64,000 nucleotides of DNA from an uncultured Bacillota bacterium (GTDB lineage Bacteria; Bacillota; Clostridia; Christensenellales; UBA1242). Shown here piece after piece: positions 31,029-39,552 of the stretch. Every line of letters starts with the position of its first letter. The stretch's first letter is position 1. The stretch covers positions 453-64,452 of the forward strand of contig CAMMDQ010000003.1 of NCBI GenBank assembly GCA_946495675.1. Direction: 5' to 3'. A program made the translations under genes and the position numbers. Under the pieces are notes generated by a model. It did not search any database, had not been told where the DNA came from, and worked only from the letters and a program-made list of their open reading frames with translations.

Positions 31029-31640
31029 TTATTTCATGCCTTGTCTTTTATTACATTTTAAAACCAAAAAATAACAATGATATTTTCGTGCGTGATTTTG
31101 ATTTTTTTGATAGCCAATTCTATTTTTAGCAAGTAATATAAACAAATCACGAACTGCAAAATTTAATTCTCTGGCCACCGAATAAATATAAGGCAAGATT
31201 AAATGTTGTTTTCTTCCAATAATAAAATCTTGAAACTTAAATATAAGAAGTCCACCATGTTTTAATACTCTCTGCAGAGAGATTAAACTATCTTTATAAA
31301 ATGTTTTAAGTTCTTCCAAGGAACTAAAACTACCATATCTTTGAGCCATTTTACATTTAGAATTTCCACTAACTATAAAAGGTGGGTCAAAAATAACTGA
31401 TTTAATACTTGATGCATCAAAAGGCAAATCTCTAACATCTAACTTTAATACTGATTCTAACTGTGGGTTAATATCACTTTTTAATACTGGATCTGAAACA
31501 ACACCATTTCTATAAAAGCCACCTATATTATAACAAGGGTCAAAATGTATTGGTTGTCCCTTATTATAAAGTTTTAATATGTTATTTATAATTTCTTGTT
31601 GGTCATAACTTATACTTTTTATTAAATCATTTGAAACCAT
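31029..31640 (-). CDS. DNA methyltransferase (N6-adenine or N4-cytosine class), orphan
   Basis: Catalytic DPPF motif (VIFDPPFIV) and an upstream FDPCYNIGGF AdoMet-like motif. No cognate nuclease gene is adjacent. Confidence 0.65.
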   Translation of the reverse strand: MVSNDLIKSISYDQQEIINNILKLYNKGQPIHFDPCYNIGGFYRNGVVSDPVLKSDINPQLESVLKLDVRDLPFDASSIKSVIFDPPFIVSGNSKCKMAQRYGSFSSLEELKTFYKDSLISLQRVLKHGGLLIFKFQDFIIGRKQHLILPYIYSVARELNFAVRDLFILLAKNRIGYQKNQNHARKYHCYFLVLKCNKRQGMK

Positions 31641-31920
31641 TTCTTATTTCCTTAAATTTTTATTTTCCGTTGAGTGTTACTATTGTCTAGTAAGCACTCA
31701 ATCGCGAAAACCGGGCAAAGCCTCGGTTTTTCGCGAATTTACTTTGTCAAAAGCAAAGTTTTTGAAAGCAAGTTCTTCGAAGAAAAAGCAACCAAAACAG
31801 ATTTTTCTGTATCTGATGCATTTAAATTCATCTCTTTGTTTATCATTATTCCTCGTTATGTGATATTTATTTGGGGCAATCATTAAGGGTTGCGACCCTT
31901 AATAATCCCTCTTTTCAATA
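31641..31920 (-). other. hairpin-rich non-coding intergenic region: candidate ssDNA replication origin, packaging signal or operon terminator
   Basis: 11-bp stem with one bulge at 31672..31699, a ~15-bp interrupted stem at 31702..31736 flanked by T/A runs, and an 8-bp stem with tetraloop TTAAGGGT-TGCG-ACCCTTAA at 31883..31902. Confidence 0.5.
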
Positions 31921-32313
31921 TCACTCTTCCTCACTTTCTTCAAGATCTTGTGGAGGCGACATTGGCTTAATAATCTCAGGAAAGTGAACGGAAGGTTTAT
32001 CTGTTTTCTTCTTAACAACTTCTGCTTTTTCTTTCTCAACATTTTGTAAAGCTTTTATCTTTTGCCAAAGCGACCAGTGGAATATTTTCCAAATAAAACC
32101 ATGAGGCATTGTATCAATAGCCTCTTGCAAAGCTAAGTTTCTTTTTTCACGTCGATACAAAGGACCATCAAAAAGTTTTACATATTTCATAAGATTATCT
32201 TCAGTAAATTTTAGCATTTTAGACGACACTTTATGTGTGCCTAAATTTTCTTGAACTTTTAATGTTTCATCAGATATAAAATCAGTTAAATCTTTGTAAT
32301 CTTTAATTTCCAT
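31921..32313 (-). CDS. phage protein, function unknown (130 aa)
   Basis: Start ATG overlaps the TGA of the upstream ATPase gene by one base (translational coupling). Acidic C-terminus. Confidence 0.55.
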   Translation of the reverse strand: MEIKDYKDLTDFISDETLKVQENLGTHKVSSKMLKFTEDNLMKYVKLFDGPLYRREKRNLALQEAIDTMPHGFIWKIFHWSLWQKIKALQNVEKEKAEVVKKKTDKPSVHFPEIIKPMSPPQDLEESEEE

Positions 32314-33170
32314 CAAACAATAGCTCCTAAATTTTTCAAAATTTGTTTATCATATTCTGCATTTTTATAATAACCACGAGGTGCAATAAAATAATGCTTA
32401 TTGTTAAATTCGACATAGCTCTCAAGCGTAAATTGATAGCCTTCTTCAGTATAATAATCAAAACCTTGATTATATTTGCCATCGTAAAAAGCAGGACGAC
32501 AACCTTTACTATCATAATAATTAAAAATCGGTAAATCTGTTTCAAACTCAACAACAATGCCAAGATCCTTATTCTCTTTTCTTTCTCGAGCTAACATATA
32601 GTTTTCAGCTGTATCACAAGAATAAAATTTCCTAGCAGTCCATTTAAGTTTAACAACACGACCGTAAATGTCTTCTGTAACAGAAAGATTGTCAACAACA
32701 ATAAACTGTTCAGCAATACTACGTATATTAAGGTCTATATTTCCTAATCTTTGACAAGCCATATAAACGTTATAATCGTTATGCCTATGTAATTGAAACC
32801 AACGATAGACCTCTTCTCTTATATACTTTGACATTCGGCTATCATAATATTTTTGAGCTTCATCCAAAAATATAGTTGAGTAGGGTGGTATATTCGCAGT
32901 TTCAAAATAAGGATTTGGCAAAGCAATCTGAAAGCCATCAATATAATACGTTTGTAAACGACTATTGATTTGGACTTTATAATCAGCATAGCATAGATGC
33001 CTTTGAGGCGGCAATTCTAAGTTAGAAAAACCGCCTTTAGACAACTTGTTAATTTCATGTTTAAGATTTAAATAATCTTCAAATCCATGTTCAATCATTG
33101 TTTGAGCAACAAAATGAGTCAATTTACAAGTTTTACCGGCACCTGGTATGCCGCAAATTATAGTAATCAA
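32313..33170 (-). CDS. Zot/pI-like P-loop NTPase (filamentous-phage morphogenesis ATPase-like)
   Basis: MITIICGIPGAGKT Walker A at the extreme N-terminus and IFLDEAQKYY Walker B, as in Zot-domain proteins. TTG start overlaps the upstream stop. No C-terminal TM segment is seen. Confidence 0.6.
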   Translation of the reverse strand: MITIICGIPGAGKTCKLTHFVAQTMIEHGFEDYLNLKHEINKLSKGGFSNLELPPQRHLCYADYKVQINSRLQTYYIDGFQIALPNPYFETANIPPYSTIFLDEAQKYYDSRMSKYIREEVYRWFQLHRHNDYNVYMACQRLGNIDLNIRSIAEQFIVVDNLSVTEDIYGRVVKLKWTARKFYSCDTAENYMLARERKENKDLGIVVEFETDLPIFNYYDSKGCRPAFYDGKYNQGFDYYTEEGYQFTLESYVEFNNKHYFIAPRGYYKNAEYDKQILKNLGAIV

Positions 33171-34621
33171 ATTTCTGCACCAACTCCAACAAATCGAAGA
33201 ATAACATCCTCTGAAAGAGAATCTATGTTTTTAAAGCTTACATTATAATTTTTATTTTCAATTTCAATAATTCTTAATGATTCCAAATTTGCAAAAACTG
33301 CAAAATTAATTTCTGTATAGGTTGAAGGGATAATGATTTTTATTAAATTTTCATTTGTAAATGTTGTAGGATTAAAAATAGTTAAAGTATAATCTTCTCC
33401 TTCTATATATTCAGTTTTCACTTTCTCTATTATGTAAGAATATTGAGAACCGACCATTACATAACCCATACAGCGAACAGAAAACGTTGAATAGTCCATT
33501 AATTCCTTTTCAGAATTATTGAACGAAACATACCACCGATTAGACCCCCATTCTTCCTGCAAATCACTAGCATTATCATTTTGACCTTCAACCCTAGCAT
33601 AAATTGTTTCTTCTTTACTATATGAGCAAGGCAATTTAATCACAGAGTCAGTCCCTTGATAGCTACTAATGTCTTCATTTAAAAATACATAATCATTAAA
33701 ATTAGTAACTGGAAGTTGATTTAAAGACTTTTTAAAAATATTTTTTGTATATTTTGACCATATTTCATCAGACAAATATTCTTCATACAGCGAATCTGGT
33801 ACATACATCTCAAAAGCATCATATGTTGCTTCTCCATTAGAAAAATCTAATCCTTGTATTACTGCAGTCTCATTGTTTACTATTAATTTCGTAATTTGAT
33901 AAAAATTTGATAATTCAAAAGACGTAATATGGTTTGGCAAAATGACAGTGTCAACATTTGTGCCATCAAAAGCATACCGAGATATGTAATCAATATTATA
34001 ATCGTTACCCTCAAAAAATTTCATTTCTCCAACAAGAATTTTAAAAGGATATATTGCCTCGCCTTTTTCAATCGCTACGTCAGAAAACGAAACTATGTCA
34101 TAATATTCAGTTGTTTCATCATTAAAAGTCACTTTTAAATATGAAGAATAATCAAAAGAATCGTTAAAAACATTTTCCATATCACTTGACGAATTTATAA
34201 TAATCTCTTCATTACTTGGAATAAATTCAAATGAATAACCAGTTGGTATGTTTTCAACTACTGTAGAATCCCCAGTATAAGCAACTACTGAATTTTTGAA
34301 AAATTTAAAATCAGTTATCTCAACCTTCTCTTGTGCATTTTGACTTTCAAGTTCTTTAATTTTCAACTCCAGTTCTGCGATTTTATTTTCCAGGAATATG
34401 TTTTCGCTTTCTAACTCATTTAAAAGCTCTTTATATATAGCAAGTTCATTTTTTAAATCTTGTAGTTCTTTCTTATCATCCAATGAATAACTAATTTGCT
34501 CTCCATTAAACCAGTCTTTAATCATTGCTGGATGCTGTGCTGTAAACACAAAACCTGCAATACTTGTTGGAATTGTTACAGCACCAGTCAAACCTAAAAC
34601 TACTTTTCCAAATGTTTTCAT
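33167..34621 (-). CDS. membrane-anchored coiled-coil / LRR-like protein (candidate minor coat or adsorption protein)
   Basis: N-terminal TM (VVLGLTGAVTIPTSIAGFVF), a coiled coil (ELQDLKNEL...ELESQNAQEK), then repeats such as ISRYAFDGTNVDTVILPNHITSF. Confidence 0.5.
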   Translation of the reverse strand: MKTFGKVVLGLTGAVTIPTSIAGFVFTAQHPAMIKDWFNGEQISYSLDDKKELQDLKNELAIYKELLNELESENIFLENKIAELELKIKELESQNAQEKVEITDFKFFKNSVVAYTGDSTVVENIPTGYSFEFIPSNEEIIINSSSDMENVFNDSFDYSSYLKVTFNDETTEYYDIVSFSDVAIEKGEAIYPFKILVGEMKFFEGNDYNIDYISRYAFDGTNVDTVILPNHITSFELSNFYQITKLIVNNETAVIQGLDFSNGEATYDAFEMYVPDSLYEEYLSDEIWSKYTKNIFKKSLNQLPVTNFNDYVFLNEDISSYQGTDSVIKLPCSYSKEETIYARVEGQNDNASDLQEEWGSNRWYVSFNNSEKELMDYSTFSVRCMGYVMVGSQYSYIIEKVKTEYIEGEDYTLTIFNPTTFTNENLIKIIIPSTYTEINFAVFANLESLRIIEIENKNYNVSFKNIDSLSEDVILRFVGVGAEI

Positions 34622-34631
34622 AATATGCTCC

Positions 34632-35792
34632 TTAAATCATTATCGCACCGTTAGGGAAATCAATATCTTGTAAAGATAAATTTTCTGCCCTAGCAATCAT
34701 GCTTTGATGATAAACTCTTAAATTTGAACCATCTTCAAAAATCAATTCTTCTAAATTTACAAAACCTTTTAAACCACAATAACCTATAAACTCAACAGAA
34801 GCGGGGATAGTCAATGAACGAATATTTTGATAAGTTGGGTTACTATGTTTAGGATGTGATAATAAAATAGTCTCACAATCTTTATGTATTGAAAAAGAAT
34901 CAACTGTTATATCAACAATTCCAACTAATACCATATAAGGATTTTCTTTTGAACCCAAATAATAACCATTTTCATATTCCATTTGTTTTAAACCTTCATC
35001 CGAAATTGTACTAGGAAAAAGAAATTCGGGATCATAAAACCCAATGAAATTTGGAGACAAAATTATAGAATCAGGTTCACGACTGTTATAAAAGAAATCT
35101 CGTTCAGCAACTATACAAGAATCAGCTAACTCGATATCTTTAATAGAACTAATCACATCTGATGCAATCAAATAAGGCTTATCTTCCATACCTTTATAAA
35201 AAACATTATTGTATTCATACAAAGGTAAAGAATCGCACCCTAAAAAAGTGTTCATATCAAAATAAATTAAATTTTCAGTTTCTAGAGTGAAACTCTCTAA
35301 ATTTTCACAATTAGCAAAAGCTTCTTGTTTAATAATCTGAACTGAACTTGGGATTTCAATAGATTTTAATTGAGAACAAGAAAAAGCAAAATTTCCTATT
35401 TCTGTCAAATATTTAGGCAAAACAATAGATTCAATAGATGAGTCATAAAAAGCATGATTACCAATACTTTTAATTAGAATATCATTTCCTTCTACAATTT
35501 GACCATTCAATACAGAATACGAAGAGGGAATTGCTATATCCTTTTCAGTACCTAAATACTTTAAGATCGTACCGTCTTCAATTGAAAAATCATCTAAAGA
35601 TGTCAATTCTGAATCGGGCTCAGGATCATCTGGTGTTTCTCCTGGTTCTTCTGGAGTTTCACCGGGGTCTTCAGGTGTGGGCTGTTCAACTTGCGAAGAA
35701 GCCCAATTTGGTAATTGAAAACCTACAAAGAAACTTCCCGCAACTAAACACAAACAACAAAAAATAATAATAAAAAACTTAAAATTTTTCAT
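34632..35792 (-). CDS. membrane-anchored BspA-type leucine-rich-repeat protein (candidate adsorption protein)
   Basis: N-terminal TM, Pro/Glu/Asp linker (PEDPGETPEEPGETPDDPEPD), then IGNHAFYDSSIESIVLPKYLTEIGNFAFSCSQLKSIEIPSSVQIIKQEAFANCENLES, a typical BspA-like LRR. AAGGTGG RBS before the ATG at 35792. Confidence 0.65.
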   Translation of the reverse strand: MKNFKFFIIIFCCLCLVAGSFFVGFQLPNWASSQVEQPTPEDPGETPEEPGETPDDPEPDSELTSLDDFSIEDGTILKYLGTEKDIAIPSSYSVLNGQIVEGNDILIKSIGNHAFYDSSIESIVLPKYLTEIGNFAFSCSQLKSIEIPSSVQIIKQEAFANCENLESFTLETENLIYFDMNTFLGCDSLPLYEYNNVFYKGMEDKPYLIASDVISSIKDIELADSCIVAERDFFYNSREPDSIILSPNFIGFYDPEFLFPSTISDEGLKQMEYENGYYLGSKENPYMVLVGIVDITVDSFSIHKDCETILLSHPKHSNPTYQNIRSLTIPASVEFIGYCGLKGFVNLEELIFEDGSNLRVYHQSMIARAENLSLQDIDFPNGAIMI

Positions 35793-35802
35793 TAAACCAC
35801 CT

Positions 35803-36507
35803 TCAGACAGCAATATTTAAAAGAGGCAATTTATACACTGATGCTTCATTATTAAACCATTCAAAACAAGGAAGACCTTTATATGAATAATTATCAAAAG
35901 GTTTCTCAGAGATGTCAAAATATTGTAATGCAAATTTTTTCCCAGTCCCGCTATGACCGGCGATTTTTTCACGATCAAGAATATCTTTTCTAAAAGTCAT
36001 TGAAGAAATAATATTATCTATTTGCACATCAGAATCAATTTCAAAATATCTTGAAAGCTCTAAATTTGTTTTATGTTCATAATTAGAAGAAGCAGACATA
36101 TATTGATTTAATACAGTTTTTAACAAAGCAGATATAGTTGATAAAGTATCAGTTTCAATATATATTTGATTTTCACTATTATTTAACAACTTATAAGTAG
36201 TACCTTCTAACAAAAGACCTTCTTTATTAAACAATTTATTAACATTCGAATAATCACTTGTTAAAAGATATGGGACACGAGACGCATACAAATAATTTGA
36301 AGGATCGTTTCCCCATAATGGGTATTGACTATAAAATGAATCTTCAACTTGACCACGATCACCATAAGTGCAGAAAGCATATCTTAAAATATAATCATAA
36401 TCACTAGTTTCTTCAAAGCCATAAACTACAGCACAAGGTTCAATTTCAATCAATTCGCCTTCACTTGTATAAGAAGCTAAATAAGTTGAAAATTTCATAT
36501 AAACCAA
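35803..36507 (-). CDS. phage protein, function unknown (234 aa)
   Basis: ORF within a co-directional, tightly packed module. Start is uncertain (TTG 36507 or ATG 36498). Confidence 0.5.
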   Translation of the reverse strand: MVYMKFSTYLASYTSEGELIEIEPCAVVYGFEETSDYDYILRYAFCTYGDRGQVEDSFYSQYPLWGNDPSNYLYASRVPYLLTSDYSNVNKLFNKEGLLLEGTTYKLLNNSENQIYIETDTLSTISALLKTVLNQYMSASSNYEHKTNLELSRYFEIDSDVQIDNIISSMTFRKDILDREKIAGHSGTGKKFALQYFDISEKPFDNYSYKGLPCFEWFNNEASVYKLPLLNIAV

Positions 36508-36537
36508 CTTTGAAAAACCTAAATCATTACCAAAACG

Positions 36538-36930
36538 TTAAATAGTTAAAAATGAATCGGCACCAATATTTGTTGTAGTAAACGCATTTAATAGATGAAG
36601 CATAGAAGGCGAAATAGAAAAAACAAAACCAGCCGTTGAGCCACTTAATTCTCCATTTTCACGAATATATTCAAGATTATCGATAGTAGAATTATTTGCA
36701 GTTAAAACATAGGTCTCGCCTACTATATCATCATTATCAACAAAGCCGCCAGTCCCATCGCCTTTGTCTGGGAAAAATGTTTGTCCTGACCCATCAATTA
36801 TGATAGTCTCATCGTTATTATTGTTTGTCTGATTACTATTTTGTGTATTGATGTAATAACCTACAAAAAATGATAAAGCACATACTAAAACAGCAATCAA
36901 AACTAAATAAAATATATTTTTACTTTTCAT
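36538..36930 (-). CDS. phage membrane-anchored protein (130 aa)
   Basis: GGAGGA RBS, an N-terminal TM helix and an Asn-rich linker. Confidence 0.55.
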   Translation of the reverse strand: MKSKNIFYLVLIAVLVCALSFFVGYYINTQNSNQTNNNNDETIIIDGSGQTFFPDKGDGTGGFVDNDDIVGETYVLTANNSTIDNLEYIRENGELSGSTAGFVFSISPSMLHLLNAFTTTNIGADSFLTI

Positions 36931-36942
36931 AAATCCTCCAAT

Positions 36943-37095
36943 TTAAAACAACCCAACAATTCCAACCCAGTCAAGAAAACTCCCAAGCCAAGAAAGACCT
37001 TGACCTAGCAAACGAAAAATTAATCCCAAAAGAGCTAAAATAGAAGGGCCAAAAATTACAACAGCTATAATAATCAAAGCAAGTTTCCAAAACAT
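36943..37095 (-). CDS. 50-aa very hydrophobic protein (candidate filamentous-phage coat or assembly protein); not in the ORF track
   Basis: Hand translation gives MFWKLALIIIAVVIFGPSILALLGLIFRLLGQGLSWLGSFLDWVGIVGLF. AAGGA RBS. It fills the gap between flanking genes. Confidence 0.5.
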   Translation of the reverse strand: MFWKLALIIIAVVIFGPSILALLGLIFRLLGQGLSWLGSFLDWVGIVGLF

Positions 37096-37136
37096 AATAA
37101 CATTCCTTTTTCGACTTTTAATAAAAAATAAAGGGA

Positions 37137-37162
37137 AAAGGGGAAGGACCCCAAGCCCCTTT
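37137..37162 (-). terminator. intrinsic terminator-like hairpin after the 75-aa gene
   Basis: On the minus strand, AAGGGG...CCCCTT stem followed by a T-rich run (ttccctttatttttt). Confidence 0.45.
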
Positions 37163-37172
37163 ATTTATTGAA

Positions 37173-37400
37173 CTAATTAACAAAATGCAACATGGCCGTT
37201 GTCTGTTCAACAGTTTCGGCACCCTCTTGCAATTTATCTGGAGTGAACCATGTTTGCAATGTTTCAACAAAGGTTGTTCCTTCACAACCACCATAAATCA
37301 ACACTGCTAGACAGAAAAATGCTGCAAGAACAAGAATAGACAAAACAACATAACCGACAACTTTTAACCATGTAGGTGAGCTATAATTATATCTAGCCAT
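37173..37400 (-). CDS. 75-aa single-pass membrane protein (candidate major coat protein)
   Basis: GGGAG RBS. One central TM (VVGYVVLSILVLAAFFCLAVLIYGG). Followed by a terminator-like hairpin, as for highly expressed coat genes. Confidence 0.5.
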   Translation of the reverse strand: MARYNYSSPTWLKVVGYVVLSILVLAAFFCLAVLIYGGCEGTTFVETLQTWFTPDKLQEGAETVEQTTAMLHFVN

Positions 37401-37415
37401 TTTTTATCTCCCTAT

Positions 37416-37745
37416 TTATTTTTTTTCTACCAAAACACATGACTCAGGTTTAGGTGTAATATTTTGACCGTACTGAGCAAGAATATATTTAACTTTTGCC
37501 CAATCGCCAAATTTTGCTTTATCATATGTTTCCTTATCAACTTTATAATTCAAACGGGTTCCATTCAAAATACCATCGATTTTATTAAAATCTTCTTCAT
37601 CACAAGAAACAACGTCCAAATAATATTCTTCAGGTTTAGCATCCCATTTTCGAGTTCCATCAAAACTCTCTCCAGCCTCTCTAGCCTTAACAAATTTCTT
37701 TGCAATAATCATTCCAATTTCCCGCATAGGTTTATTTTCTAACAT
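37416..37745 (-). CDS. 109-aa soluble protein (position compatible with an ssDNA-binding protein)
   Basis: GAGGAA RBS. The call rests on gene order only. No motif recognised. Confidence 0.4.
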   Translation of the reverse strand: MLENKPMREIGMIIAKKFVKAREAGESFDGTRKWDAKPEEYYLDVVSCDEEDFNKIDGILNGTRLNYKVDKETYDKAKFGDWAKVKYILAQYGQNITPKPESCVLVEKK

Positions 37746-37919
37746 TTTTTATTTCCTCACTTTTATTTTTTAAATTTTATAATTTCATCATTAAATAATT
37801 GAACAAAAATCAACTTAAACTATTGATTATGTGCGAGGACGCATTGCCTCGACTTACAGTGTTATTAACTTATAGAAGAAAAGACACCAGACGATTTTTT
37901 TGCGGTGCCGCAATTTTTA

Positions 37920-38135
37920 TTAATATAAAGGTTTATTTTTATTATTTTGTGGCATTCCACTTAGACCTTTAACAAAAGCATCATATACTCGAGTATCTGT
38001 TTTACCACTTGCAATACTATTTCGAACTTTCTTCTCTTGGCCTAATCTAAAAGCAATTTGTTCTGCAGTTGTATATTTATTTCTCTTTTTCTTTCTATTT
38101 CTATTTTGGCCATAATAATTTCTAAAATTTGCCAT
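37920..38135 (-). CDS. 71-aa highly basic protein
   Basis: AAGGAAG RBS. Sequence MANFRNYYGQNRNRKKKRNKYTTAEQIAF... suggests nucleic-acid binding from charge alone. Confidence 0.5.
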   Translation of the reverse strand: MANFRNYYGQNRNRKKKRNKYTTAEQIAFRLGQEKKVRNSIASGKTDTRVYDAFVKGLSGMPQNNKNKPLY

Positions 38136-38347
38136 GCTTCTTCCTTTTAATTAAATTTTTGTAAACTAGTTCTCGACTTTTACTCTAGTAATAATGGACT
38201 GTGGCCTAGGGACTTCAACCCTAGAAAGAACAATGACAGCATATATCAGTTCAGGGTAGGAGGGATGTGAAAAACGTTTTTCAAAGGATCAAAGTTCAAA
38301 CTATGCTTAACCCCGCGTTTGTCTGAGAATTTCGCCACCACAGCCAT
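38136..38347 (-). other. second structured non-coding region of the element
   Basis: Long-range inverted repeat ATGGACTGTGG (about 38192) / CCACAGCCAT (38338..38347), an internal CTAGGG-N7-CCCTAG hairpin and a GAAAAACGTTTTTC palindrome. Confidence 0.4.
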
Positions 38348-38473
38348 TTAATAAGGCAATGAAGTATCTGCTTTTAAGAGCCTTTCTTTTAAACGTGCAT
38401 TCTCTTTAAGTAATTTGTCATTCTCTCTACGAAGAGAATCACATTCTAATATCAATTCTTTAACAGACCCCAT
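38348..38473 (-). CDS. 41-aa coiled-coil micro-ORF
   Basis: AGGAG RBS 7 nt upstream. MGSVKELILECDSLRRENDKLLKENARLKERLLKADTSLPY. Hand-translated and absent from the track. Confidence 0.35.
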   Translation of the reverse strand: MGSVKELILECDSLRRENDKLLKENARLKERLLKADTSLPY

Positions 38474-38474
38474 A

Positions 38475-38597
38475 TCATACTCCTATTACTTGGTATTCAA
38501 TGCCAGCAACTTTGAAAGCAGTTACTTTTCTAAGCATAGACGATAAGTCAGGGCATTCATAACAAGCATTTTTTGTTTTAACCAAATATTTTTTCAT
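38475..38597 (-). CDS. 40-aa micro-ORF
   Basis: GGAGG RBS 9 nt upstream. MKKYLVKTKNACYECPDLSSMLRKVTAFKVAGIEYQVIGV. Confidence 0.35.
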   Translation of the reverse strand: MKKYLVKTKNACYECPDLSSMLRKVTAFKVAGIEYQVIGV

Positions 38598-38700
38598 GTC
38601 TCTTTTCCTCCATTCTTTCTTTAAATTTAATCTCTTGCATAAATCGACTATAACTAACTTGTCGTCTTCCGATGTAAAATTTTGCCATGTGTAAAATCAT
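38578..38700 (-). CDS. 40-aa basic micro-ORF (Cro/excisionase-like position)
   Basis: GGAGG RBS 7 nt upstream. MILHMAKFYIGRRQVSYSRFMQEIKFKERMEEKRHEKIFG. It is the first gene divergent from the repressor array. Confidence 0.35.
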   Translation of the reverse strand: MILHMAKFYIGRRQVSYSRFMQEIKFKERMEEKRHEKIFG

Positions 38701-38713
38701 TTTCAACCTCCCT

Positions 38714-38770
38714 ATTATAGTTTGTTTTTCAAACTTTATACACGCATTATAGTTTATTTATTAAACTTTG
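38714..38770. promoter_or_regulatory. two operator-like palindromes in the divergent switch region
   Basis: ATTATAGTTTG-TTTTT-CAAACTTTA (38714..38738) and ATTATAGTTTA-TTTAT-TAAACTTTG (38746..38770), 32 bp centre to centre. Confidence 0.55.
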
Positions 38771-38836
38771 TCAACTATTTTGGTTTATTTTTTTAACTTT
38801 TTTAAAAAATATATATAATCTTATTGGGAGGTGCAT

Positions 38837-39187
38837 ATGAATCTAGGTTTAAGACTCAAAAACTTAAGAAAAAATGAACATATTACACAGGAAGAATTAA
38901 CAAAAAAAATTGGAATAAATTTATCAACATATAAACAATACGAAACTAATAGAACAGAACCTGACATTGAAACACTAAAAAAAATAGCCGATTACTTTGA
39001 TATAAGCCTTGATTATCTTTGTGATCGACCAAGACCAAACTTTATTGATAAAAGTGCTTGGTCAAAAAGCAAAAGAGAATTATTAAACATGATTACAGAA
39101 CTTGATGACTATGGAAGCGAAAAAACAAAGAGTTTTATTGTCGGCTATACACAAGCACAAAAAGAAAAACCAAAAATTATCAACTAA
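38837..39187 (+). CDS. Xre-family HTH repressor, paralog 1
   Basis: HTH_3 pattern LRLKNLRKNEHITQEELTKKIGINLSTYKQYETNRTEPDIETLKKIADYFDISLDYL. GGGAGG RBS before the ATG at 38837. Confidence 0.85.
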   Translation: MNLGLRLKNLRKNEHITQEELTKKIGINLSTYKQYETNRTEPDIETLKKIADYFDISLDYLCDRPRPNFIDKSAWSKSKRELLNMITELDDYGSEKTKSFIVGYTQAQKEKPKIIN

Positions 39188-39201
39188 AAGGAAGAAAAAA
39201 A

Positions 39202-39540
39202 ATGAGATTAAAAACAATTAGACAAACAACAGGGAAATCACAATTACAAATAGCAAAAGAATTAAATATTTCACAACAAAATATATGTAGATATGAAAAT
39301 AATCAAATTGAACCAGACATACAAACTTTAATTAAACTTGCAGATTATTTCCATGTAACAATCGACTACCTTGTCGAACATGAAGTTCCTTATCTGATTG
39401 ATAAGAGTGCTTGGCCAGAAAGCAAAAGAGAACTGTTAAACATGATTGCAGAACTTGACGACTTTGAAAGCGAAAAAATAAAAGGCATCATTGTCGGCTA
39501 TACACAAGCACAAAAAGAAAAACCAAAAATTATTAACTAA
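39202..39540 (+). CDS. Xre-family HTH repressor, paralog 2
   Basis: Same architecture. The C-terminal 45 aa are nearly identical to paralog 1 (DKSAW..SKRELLNMI.ELDD..SEK...IVGYTQAQKEKPKIIN). Confidence 0.85.
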   Translation: MRLKTIRQTTGKSQLQIAKELNISQQNICRYENNQIEPDIQTLIKLADYFHVTIDYLVEHEVPYLIDKSAWPESKRELLNMIAELDDFESEKIKGIIVGYTQAQKEKPKIIN

Positions 39541-39552
39541 AAGAAGGGAAAA

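Noticed and set aside
31674-31886. 70-aa (+) and 61-aa (-) ORFs inside the phage intergenic region
   Set aside because: The two overlap each other on opposite strands, lack RBSs, and are built from the palindromic hairpins. Non-coding structured DNA is the better explanation.
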